From positions 3,078,197-3,142,196 of the forward strand of contig NC_068986.1 in NCBI RefSeq assembly GCF_001194135.2: 64,000 nucleotides of DNA, given 5' to 3'. Positions 1-10,565 of this stretch are shown piece by piece. The translations under genes and the position numbers were made by a program. Source of the stretch: Octopus bimaculoides. Lineage: Eukaryota. The first letter of the stretch is position 1, and each line of letters begins with the position of its first letter. Under the pieces are notes generated by a model. The model was given only the letters and a program-made list of their open reading frames with translations. It was not told where the DNA came from and made no database searches.

Positions 1-36
<36 letters not shown>

Positions 37-164
37 CATTGTAACACTACAGCTTTGTTACTCCACTAGTTGTTAAGAATTCAAAATTCAAAATCTTGAG
101 TCACTCAACTAGAAACCAAAAGTACAATAAAATAACTCCTTTTATTTCTTCTGTATATTTCTAA

Positions 165-495
165 GTGCATGACACAATGGTCAGAGCATCCAGCTCACAA
201 TCATGAGTTAGTGAGTTTGATTCCTAGACCAGGCTGCGTGTTGTGTTCTTGAGCAAGATACTTCATTTCATGTTGCTCCAGTTCACTCAGCTGTAGAAAT
301 GAGTTGTGACATCACTGGTGCCAAGCTGTATCAGTCTTTGCCTGGATAACATCGGTGACGTAGAAAGGGAGAGCTTGGTATGTATGAGCGACTACTGGTC
401 TTCCATAAACAACCTTGCCCAGACTTGTACCTCAAGGGTTACTTTCTAGGTGCAATCTCATGGTCATTCAAGGCCCAAAGGGGTCTTTACCCTTT
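165..495 (+). mobile_element. tRNA-headed SINE, family C (ttgagcaagacact-type body)
   Basis: A/B-box-like head (tggtcagagc...gagtttgattcc) followed by a body shared with copies at ~37416-37684, ~41925-42270 (variant) and ~52972-53200. Confidence 0.8.
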
Positions 496-1309
496 AAAAA
501 TTTTTAACATTGTATGCCAGGGTATATAAAAAAATGCATTAATCATTTCAAAATATAGTGAGGATTAATACAAGTGAAACTAATCGGGTGTTTACTACCT
601 GACATAAACAGGGACACTTGACACTCAAGAGCTAACCTTTAACTTGAGAACAGTGGTATTGAGTGGATAAGATAAATCTCCCACTTGAATGGGATGTCAG
701 TCTAGTGAAGGAAATATTCAAAGATAATCTGACACCTACCCCTGCACTAATTGAAATTATGCTAGTAGAATTAATTTCAAGGAACATTAAACACCTTTCT
801 GACATTCTTGCACACATCATCCAGAGAAAATAAAAAACGATGGACTTAGATGTGTACTATTTAGATAAAGTAAATCAAAGATAATTTTAGAAATGTCTGT
901 CTAAATACACTAGATTCTGGCAGAGTCATTAGACTGGAAGACAACATGCCTTGCTGCATTTGTTCTGGTTCATTGTGCTTTGAATTTAAATCCTTCCAAG
1001 GTCAACGTTTAGGGGTCAATAAGATCAAGTACCAGTCCAGAGTGGTAGAAATGTTAAAGCACTATTACTTTCTGATATTTGTTCCAGCTCTTTGCATTCT
1101 AAACTGTTGGACAGAAGATCAGATCCATTACACAACAACAATAACAACTATAAATTTTCACGGCCACTTGACCACAACATTGCAGTAAGTAAACTTCAAA
1201 CTGGATGGTCATAACATGGACTGGACACTCACAGTATAGACTGGATGTTCATTTTATTATGTGGATGACAAGAGAGAGAGCAATAGATTAGGGCTATGGT
1301 AGATATGGC

Positions 1310-1670
1310 TAAGAGCTGCCAGGAGTCACATGGGGGAGAGTACAAATGACCAAAATGGGGTTCCTCCAAAAGATACATGGAGTAACACTACTCAACAGAG
1401 TGCCTAGTTCAGAAATGAGGGAGTCTCTCCAGGTCAAACCATTAGTTGCAGGAAAGAATCACAAGTTGGATTCTTCAAGCTGAGCCAACCAGTAGGAGAC
1501 CAAGGGGTAAACCAAGAATGAGATGTTTGGATAATATCCAAAGTCTCATCTGGACAAGCTTAGCAATCCAGTCAGAAAGTAAAATGACCGTTGCTTCTGA
1601 TGGGACCCTATAGAGGAGGTGTCCAAGGACTCTGGCCTAACAACCCTTCCAGGAACAGTGGCTGGAGAAG
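1310..1670 (+). mobile_element. Degenerate 3' end of an RTE-type LINE ORF
   Basis: Translates RRPRGKPRMRCLDNIQSLIW, the GRPR..W.DNI C-terminal motif of RTE ORFs. A related copy at 52680-53350 is split by a SINE. Confidence 0.6.
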
Positions 1671-3018
1671 ACATATGGAAGGATGAACATAGGGAAAGAG
1701 AGAAAATGATAGTAATAGTAGAGAGTGGTGCAATGGGGTACTAAATATGGGCAGACCAAATGCTATTATTGGTTTTGGAAGGGGAGTGGAGTGGTGGATG
1801 GGTGGCAGTGGAAGAGAAGCAGAGCGATAAAGAGTGATGAAAGGTGATGGTGTAGCAACTGAATGGTATCGCTTGTTACATAGGTCACATAGTGCAGTGA
1901 ATTGGAGGGAGAGTGATTGACGGACAAGAAGGTAATAAAGAGGACAACAAATAAAGATGTAACAAGAATTAGAATGGGTAAAAGATCCAATGCTTCTATG
2001 CAACAAATTTCTTTCAGAAATCTTTCATTGGTTTAAGGTTATAGAAGATACTTGCCCAAGGTGCCATGCAGAGGGATTTTTACCAGTTTCATACCGTTGT
2101 GAAGTAAATGTTTAAACCAGACACCCATTGAATGGTAGACCCCAAAATGCATTGTTTTCAAAGGGAAAAAAAAATCTTTATGCAAAACATGATTCAATGA
2201 GCAAGTCTATTCACCTTTAACAAACACAAATGCCCACATGAAAACCTTTACAACGTTTTGGATCACAGAAGGAATTAAAAAACAAGTGAATAAAATCTAA
2301 GCTAGACTTTAGTTTTGTCCATGAAATAAATCTTGCAACAATTCCTCCTCAATATACTAAACTAAGTGAACTAAAAGGTGTCTATAAATGGGAAACTTAA
2401 ACACTTTGCTTCACAGGTAGGATTTTTTTTTCCTTTCCCTCTCCAAGACTGCTGAAGAAAAACATTATTTCTTAATACTTTCATAACTCAGATAACAACA
2501 TTGAACAAACCAAAGCAATATTAGCTAAAATCAATTTAATCTGTAACTAAGATTAGAGTAGTTGTGCAGTTTTCAGATGTGGAATTGATATGATCAATAG
2601 TTTGAGTTTCAGACTCTTATCGTTTTCACCTTTCTTTTTTTTTCTTCCTCCACCCCCACCCCATTCCCAGCCATTTTGTTATCATTATATGCTTCGACCA
2701 TCTTTCAGTGCCATACTCTGTATCTTTTACATGATGTTTGGAAAATGCAACCATTGTAATGTTGTTAAAAAAGAAACAGAAATGAGGAGAAGAAGAAAAT
2801 GAAAATCTCACTTCTTCTTCTGAGTTAACCTCTCTAGATTGTTTCCTAACGAAATGAGTAATAAATTGAAGACTATTAAGTGCTGAAGGAATACACTCTT
2901 TTCCTTCGTTAGAAGTTCAAGTCTATTTAACACTAGAAATATTGAGGCAAGAATAGAGTGAAGCAATATGCACTAATAAAATTCACACCATTACTTATTA
3001 AAAAAAAAGATATTTAGG

Positions 3019-3336
3019 TGTGGCTGGGTGGTAAGAAGCTTGCTTCCCAACCATATGGTTCCAAGTTCAGTCCCACTGCATGGTACCCTGGGCAAGTGTC
3101 TTCTACTATAGCTATGGATCAACCAAAGCCTTGTGAGTGGATTTAGCAGACAGAACCTGAAAGAAGCCCACTGTGTGTATATATGTGTGTGTGATTGTGT
3201 TTTTCCCCTCATCACTGCTTAACAACTGGTGTTGGTGTGTTCATGTCCCCGTAACTTAGCAGTTCAGCAAAAGAGACCAACAGGGTAAGCACTAGGCTTT
3301 AGCTCCAGCATGGCTGCAGTCAAATGACTGAAACAA
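3019..3336 (+). mobile_element. tRNA-headed bipartite SINE, family A (ggagtggctgtgtggt...aaatgactgaaacaagtaaaagag)
   Basis: Matches many copies in the window. Further fragments at ~3370-3480(-), 3760-3850(-), 7495-7660(-), 23130-23290(-), 23935-24090(+), 24160-24270(-), 28430-28590(+), 29105-29238(-), 34035-34180(-), 37235-37360(-), 37740-37885(-) and 55515-55735(+). Confidence 0.85.
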
Positions 3337-3476
3337 TGCAAGCATTTTAGTTGAACAAATAACCATAGTACTTATTTTTATACTTTAAGCCTAGTACTCA
3401 TTCTATAGGTCCTGCTTACAGGAATGTAAACAAACCAACACCAATTGTGAAGTGGTAGTGAGGAACAAATACAAAG

Positions 3477-3509
<33 letters not shown>

Positions 3510-4489
3510 GCTGAAAGATTAAAATTAATCAAAGGACATACTAAGTATGTCTACCTGCTGCAAATAACAGTCAAAACTCTTATTTAAATTTCCCTTCAAC
3601 TATTTTAATGCTTTTGCAGGGCCTGAAATCGCCAATATTATTGATTCTGTTATTAGTTACACTAGATAATAACAGAGTCCATAATATCTTCGCAAATTAT
3701 ATTTTCGTGAATTATTTACTCCGTATTGAAATTATATATATATATATATATATATGACTGGTTTCTATCAGTCTCCATCAACTAGATCCACTCACAAGGC
3801 TTTGGTTGGAATGAGTTTACAGTAGAACACTTGTCCAAGGTACCATGAAATTAATGTGTGCATGTATATATATAATATACACTATAATATTAGATTTAGA
3901 GAGCACATGAAATTAGTATTGCAATACTAATGAACTTCTCATTCTATACAGGTCATGTAGGTGACTAGGCAAAGTTTAAAAAAAAAAACTGATACTTAGA
4001 AAGAAGTGGAAAGATTTTTAAGTCAATTAAGGGGAAACAGAATACAGAATGAAAATGTAGAAACCATAATTTGTATGATAAAAGCATTAAAAAGGAGCAT
4101 TAAAGACAGTATAAGCATGAGAAAATATAGCTTATAAGAATCTTAAACTATTGCATTTCTATGGCAATTTAGAAGACTATACGATAAATTTACTTTAGAA
4201 GCCCTATAAAGTTTTGATAACATATCTTCATTTAGTGTGGGTGACCCAGTTTTAAATTCAAAAAATTAATATTTAAACTATGGACACATTTATCTTTTTC
4301 TTTTTATAAAGTAAAAAAATATAATTAGATAAACATATATCTTCAAATGTGTATGTGTGTGTGCAAATGTATATGTACATGCAAGTGTGAGTTTGTGAAT
4401 GTATGTATAAAAGCCAAATGTCAGCTAAGACCCAGATAAGTGTTTACAGGTAGGGACAAACAGACGTATAAATGTCAAATGATACATAC

Positions 4490-4545
4490 TTCTCTGTGAC
4501 AAATGATCCGCCGAGGATGCGGTGCTTCTTTCTGCAACTGATACA
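4490..4545 (-). CDS. CHN: Chimaerin (SH2-C1-RhoGAP) internal coding exon, 56 nt, phase 1 to phase 0: (L)YQLQKEAPHPRRIICHRE
   Basis: On the minus strand, acceptor tatttttttcttcccctttgcacag and donor GAA|gtatgt; CpG-containing island in AT-rich DNA. The peptide matches my recollection of the vertebrate alpha2/beta2-chimaerin N-terminus (LYQLQQEAPHPRRITC / LYQLQQEAPRPKRIICPRE). No database search was run. Confidence 0.9.
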
Positions 4546-6246
4546 CTGTGCAAAGGGGAAGAAAAAAATAAAGATGATGATCATAATAATAATAATAATA
4601 ATNNNNNNNNNNTAATAATAATAATAATAATAGAGATACGTAAGAACAAGAATAATTTAAACTAACTAAAAAAAATATGTATTAACAACATGCAAATAGA
4701 AAACAGCAAACAATTAATTCTAAATGACATTATTAGAACAATTTCAATAAGTATAAACACCACTTGATTGATTCTTGAAATGGCTTTAAGCATAACAGTA
4801 TATTTCCTGATAAACTGAAAGATAAATCATTGTATTAAGTTCAAAAAGCCACAGAATCCCAAAGAAGCCATTTGGCAATTTTTATATCTTTTAACGAGTC
4901 ACAAAAGTCAAATTTTGTAAAAGAAATTAAATCTTTCCAGTTTATTATTCATTTTGGCATTGGTCCTCCCTGACTGAATATGTTTTGGACCAAATATGTT
5001 GCAGCCATAAAACTCTGAGATTTTTTCTTTCTTTTTCAGACACAGTAAATATGAATTACATTATATATGTGTCTTTTTGTTTAGTTAAGGCAGTGGGATA
5101 TGATTTAAAGGGGGTTGATATAATTGCTATTTGTAATACAAAAGCTCCCCCATTGGACTGACTAGTATTGATTTACTGATTTTGTCATCTGGTAGATAAA
5201 AAGACAAAGGTCAACCCAAGCAGGATTTGAACTCAGGAATGATGGACCATAAACAAAATATTGAAAAGTACTGAATCCAGGGCTCTATTTCTGATAAGAG
5301 ACATTCATTACTTTAACTGTGCACTGCTACTCCTGCCATGTAGAAAGCACTGATGATGGTATACATATAAAACATTCTGTATACTCTGTAAAGTGGTTGG
5401 TGTTAGGAAGGGCATCCAGCCTTCGAAGCCAAGCCAAAACAGACACTGGAACCCCTGCCTCACCAGCTTCTATCAAGCCATCCAACCCATGCCAACATGA
5501 AAACAGTTGTTAAATTATGATGATGATGATGATATGCACAAGGACAATTTATACTGAAGAAGGGGCAATCAATTTTAAATTTCAGTTCATTACAAATAGT
5601 AAGATGGCTTGGTCCAGTTACTTAGTGTTGGAATGTTAGAAAATTACTAATTTTAAATCTCACAACAATAGATATTCCGTAACAGTATTTTGGAGTAAAG
5701 ATTTTTGCCAACATAACATGGCAGTCCTGGTTTAGGACAAATGTTGCTATAATTTAGCCCCAGGAGACATCGGCTCCAGCTGGCTATACGACACGATCTG
5801 TGTCCTTATATTTTCAAACAAGGGAATCTAGCACCCCCACTCAGCCCAAAACAATATCTTGTTTTTCTTTTAAGTCAATTAAGGGGAAACAAAATACAGA
5901 ATGGCTATGGGGGTCCACCAGAATAAACTAGTAATCAAAGGGATCCATAGATTAAAAATGGTTGAGAAGTTCTAGAAGAAGGTAAACTTGTATAAAAACC
6001 TGAAGTGCTGTTTACTTATGATCGTCTTATGGTCGTACAACCCTCTGTTGTGTCACTAATTGCACGAAAAGTGGGCTCAATGCTGTCTGCCACTTTATCC
6101 ACTCAAATCAAACTCATGCAAAGCAACTTCTTGGACTCTCAGAATGCTTCCACAGAGCTAGAGTTTAGGAAGCGGCTTTAATTGGTCACGAGTTGACAAG
6201 GAGATCTATGACTGCATGACTGCTACTGTTATGTTTAGAGCACCAC

Positions 6247-6432
6247 AGAGAGCACTGGTGGCATGTAAAAGCACCCACTACACTCTTGGAGTGGTTGGTG
6301 TTAGGAAGGGCATCCAGCTGTAGAAACTCTGCCAGATCAGATTGGAGCCTGGTGCAGCCATCTGGTTCACCAGTCCTCAGTCAAATCGTCCAACCCATGC
6401 TAGCATGGAAAGCGGATGTTAAACAATGATGA
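6247..6432 (+). mobile_element. Family E: LINE-tail-like repeat (gagtggttggcgttaggaagggcatccagc...aaacgatgatgat)
   Basis: Near-identical copies at 34540-34703, 35036-35212, 44620-44895, 57838-58075(-) and 61975-62228. They share a 3' end with an (ATG)n tail and have variable 5' truncation, the signature of target-primed reverse transcription. Assignment to an RTE LINE 3'UTR is inference. Confidence 0.8.
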
Positions 6433-6499
6433 TAAATTTTTATATTTTTATTTGACCTTACTAATACATTCCCTACTTTTAGGTCACTTTAAATAAAAC

Positions 6500-6860
6500 C
6501 CTCACTTCAATAGCACTGTGTACAAACTCTATACCTGGAATGACCAATTTTAAATACTATTGGAACTTACTCACATGGTATTGGAATCTTCTATGTATAC
6601 CATTCTGCCTAAATAATGGATCTACAAATGCAACATCCCTGCATATCTCACTTCTGTTTTCATTCCTCCACTTCACTCTCTATTTCCTATCTTATCTAAA
6701 TTAACTATTACTTAACCATTTTCTCACACCGTCTCCGATGAAGGGATATAATAAATATCCTGGAAACAGCTGTAAGACCTATTTATAAATGTTCTAAAAT
6801 CTTCACAGTCTTGGTTTTTTATCTCATTCTGAAAATTTTTTTTTATATATACGCATGTTG
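6500..6860 (+). mobile_element. Penelope-like 3'/pLTR remnant containing a hammerhead-like motif
   Basis: Homologous to 44290-44610: both carry a YW..L...P....LNNG-like peptide remnant, the hammerhead core and the downstream tttata/caaatgt.cta.aa motif. Confidence 0.55.
6731..6778 (+). ncRNA. Type I minimal hammerhead-ribozyme-like motif (degenerate core CCGAUGA)
   Basis: gtct-CCGATGA-a(gggatat aataa atatcct)g-GAAAC-AGCT-GTA-agac: stem I gtct/agac, stem II ggatat/atatcc, palindromic stem III. Confidence 0.6.
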
Positions 6861-7311
6861 ATATGTGACCTACTTATTGGACTCCTTATTTGCATGATCA
6901 CCGAACCTGGAGCTTAACTATGGTCTGTCCATAACACTTACTCGACACCTTTGGGTCTTATTGACACCATTACCTCTCATAATCTCTCTCTCTTTATATA
7001 TATATATATCTCCCCACCTCCCAACACTCTCACATCACATCACACCAACACCCTCGCATCACACCATGCACACACTACAACTGACCAACTCCTTTCTCCC
7101 CTCCCCATTTTCACACTACATCCGTCAAGATCACCAGCATTCTATCTCCCACACACACAGCCCCTCATTCTTCGATCACCGTTCTTTCTCCCCCTTTTCT
7201 TAGCTCTCCTGAAAAAAAATTTCTAACTTCCGGTCAGCCATAACTACGATTGACCGTTGACTGAATACTATTCAATTTTTTTTCTCCGTGTTTTTCTCCT
7301 TGTCTCCGTAT

Positions 7312-7348
7312 TCTTTCTGTTGAAGAGCGTAGCTCGAAACGTCAAAGA
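7312..7348 (+). ncRNA. Type I minimal hammerhead-like motif, second family
   Basis: tcttt-CTGTTGA-a-gagc gta gctc-GAAAC-GTC-aaaga: 5-bp stem I, 4-bp stem II, loopless stem III, GUC triplet. A6U deviation in the core. Confidence 0.5.
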
Positions 7349-7437
7349 CTTTCCGTATTCCCGAGCGTCATACTAATACATCCTTTTGTTATTTACACCA
7401 CCTGTCCTCGTCTGTTGTTGTTTTTTCGTACATTCTC

Positions 7438-7494
<57 letters not shown>

Positions 7495-8281
7495 ACAGGC
7501 TTCTTTCAGTTTCTGTCTACTAAATCTACTCATAAGGCTCTGGTCGGTCCAGGGTTATAGAAGACACTTTCCCAAGGCACCATGCAGTGGGACTGAACCC
7601 TGAACCATGTGACTGAGAACCAAACCTCTTACTTCACAGCAATGTCTGCACCTATATATACAGACACACACACACACACACACATCCATGGAAATGTGGA
7701 TGTTTTAAATGATTAATGATTATCATCCTAACCATCAGCATCAACATGTTTTCTATGCTGACCTGGGTAGGACAGTTTGACAGAAACAAGTCAGAAAACT
7801 GCACCAAACTCTGCTCTCTATATACATATCACTTGAGCCACTTCAATCTCTTATGTATTCAGATTTAATATACAAATATATTTACCAGATAGTGGAGAAA
7901 ATGGCAGTAGTAGTAGTAGTAGTTAAGTGTATTAAAGGATCCAGTAATACTAATGTCATGCACTAGAGAGGAGGTGGTGCTCTAGAAATGGAACACAAAA
8001 GGAAACAGAGAAAATTTGTTTGACATCCTTTCCAAAACAGGATTTTGCAACATTAACTAGTGTTAGTCATCAAATTAAGTTTCTTTGGGCTAGAAACACA
8101 AAACCTGAATACAATTTCTTGGTTATTTTGTAAAGTAGGTACTTTGGTAGACAGAGATACTTTTAGTAATCATTTGAGTCATAGTTGGTCATATGTATCT
8201 ATAAACAATGACCAAACTTATTGACCTGAAGTGATAGAGAAAACAAATGATTCTGGTATTGAAGCTTTCCTCCAAATTACT

Positions 8282-8333
<52 letters not shown>

Positions 8334-10335
8334 GAAAGAGAGTCTGTGAATGTTATTAGAATAATGACCATTATAACAGAATTTGATGGAGTGTTTTTTT
8401 TTTATTGTCTTATTGTGCAAATTTTTGTCCTCTTCTGATACTGGGGTCAGCCTACAAAGAAAAGACCTAGTTGCATGCCCAACCCATTTTTTCTGATACA
8501 GTATATCCCAGACGATATTACCATTATTCAATGTGTCCTTTGTTTTAAGATTATGAAGTGTGGGAGTAGAGAAACCTGACTGCAGTATCTAACTAACTGA
8601 GTGGCCAGGAAAGGTTTATAAACAAAAATGCATTGGAAGTCAACATTTTCAAATATATGTTCATCATTGTTAATCTATTCAGAAACTATAACAGCAGTGA
8701 GCAGTAAATGAAAACTGAACGAATCATGCAAGTTCAAAATGAACTTCTCACCCTTAAAACATTGCTCCTTCAGTTGTATTTAAACCAAAGCAAAATGAAA
8801 CAACGTTACCCAGCAAAATGTGTGTCAATGAGGGAATGTCTATGTAATCTTGTCTACTTCAGATTTCAACATGATATTGCGGTCTCAGATATACAAAATC
8901 AGGAAAATTCATGGCTTGAATTTGGTGATGAAATATGAAGGCGCTCAACCCAACACAAACACACACACACACATGCACGCATGCATGCAGACACAGCTGG
9001 CAGTTGCACAAGTTTCACTTCTACAGGCTTCAATTAGACATTTATTTAGTTATATGCATTTAAAAAAAAAATAGTTGTTAATCACCATTGAATTAGCAAA
9101 GAAGTTTGTAACAATTCAAGTGTTTCAGTAAATGCAGCTGTTGCATTTGACAAGTTGGCTGAAACTTCAGGCCAAACTTTCTACAAGATTTTCAATGTTG
9201 TTTTCATGAAATTACAGAGAAAATTTTGAGTGAGAAGTCAGTATTTCTAGCAAGTACCAAATCTAGACAAAAGTATTTCTAATGTTACACTTGACTATGT
9301 GTACTTAATGTATCACACCACGAAACTAACATGGTTACGTAATTATCAGAAAACAAACGAATGATTACAACATTCATGAACCTAATTAGCAAGTTAGAAA
9401 TCATTACATACTTAAAGCAAATGCAAAGACAATATCTATTTTAGTAATAGTTCTAATATCAACCCCGTATTTTTATCTCCTGTATTTTTCCACCTGCTAT
9501 CACACCAAACCTGAATAAGATAACTCAAAATATACTAAACTTATTGTTGATGTCATAAGAATTTATAAACAAGAGAATGTGAAATAATTCCTTTTTTCTT
9601 TTTTTTTGGAACAGTGAATCTTGAAGCAGATGAAGCTATAAATGATACAATGTAAACATTAGGTTAAAATGCACGTTAGACAGAAAGTCCCACAGGCAGC
9701 CTTTGACTTCTTTTATCCAACAGGCTTTTTAACTCAATATTTACACAGTATTATTTATAGCTTTTTCAACTTCGATATCCACTGTCCCGCCAAAAAAGAA
9801 CTAAACTTCTTATTTGGCCAATCTGTACTGTTTGCACAAAGCTTGTCAGAGAATGAGGCTAAACTATTTCAAAAGCTTGATGAACAAAGAATGAAGTATT
9901 AGCAAAATGATAAGAGAGGATTTAGAATGTGATTCAAGAAATATAATACAAACATAACACATACAATAGTCGTGTCCCACTTATTACATATTTAAGAATA
10001 AAACTGTTACAAGATGCATTAACAGTTTCTTTTATTTCTATTTTATTTTACTACAAAGCGGACATTTTTTTTCTATTTTTGTTTTTGGATAATATCTTAA
10101 AAGTTGATTAAAATTTGTTTTCAAATATCCTCATATTTGACAATTAAAATTCCATCCCCACCAATCCTGTATGTAAAGCAACCAATTTGCAGGCTCATTA
10201 CAGTGTCAGATTGCTTTGTAGTAATCAATCCAACTCCCTGCACTCTTATTTCATATCTAAGTCAACTTTGTTCTTCATTCTTTTAGTCTTGCACTGGGGC
10301 TGATTCTACCCTTTCTGTCTGTCCAAATGTCTTTC

Positions 10336-10565
10336 TTATTTCTTTATTGCCCACAATGGGCTACACACAGAGGGGACAAACAAGGACAGACAAAGGGATT
10401 AGGTCGATTACATCAACCCCAGTGCATAACTGGTACTTAATTTATCAACCCCGAAAGGATGAAAGGCAAAGTTGACCTCGGCGGAATTTGAACTCAGAAC
10501 GTTAAAGACAGACAAAATACCAATAAGCATTTCGCCCGGCGCTCTAACGTTTCTGCCAGCTCGTC
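10336..10565 (-). mobile_element. tRNA-headed SINE, family B (gagctggcagaaacgttag...gcctttcatcctttcggggt...)
   Basis: Near-complete copy. A second copy is at 38010-38239(-), with degenerate ones at ~5150-5280, 30830-30970, 49980-50090, 51610-51800, 55270-55465 and 58080-58295. The central GCCTTTCATCCTT..GGGGT.GATAAA..AAGTACCAG motif resembles the MetaSINE domain as I recall it. Confidence 0.85.

Noticed and set aside
3675-3698. NLRRYYGL on the minus strand as the next chimaerin exon (expected ~VENRPKYYGRE)
   Set aside because: There is no acceptor, polypyrimidine tract or donor, and it lies inside a TA-flanked repeat. The next exon is probably left of the window.
8708-8938. 76-aa plus-strand ORF with an internal acceptor-like site
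   Set aside because: No homology recognised and no partner exons; it is antisense within the chimaerin intron.
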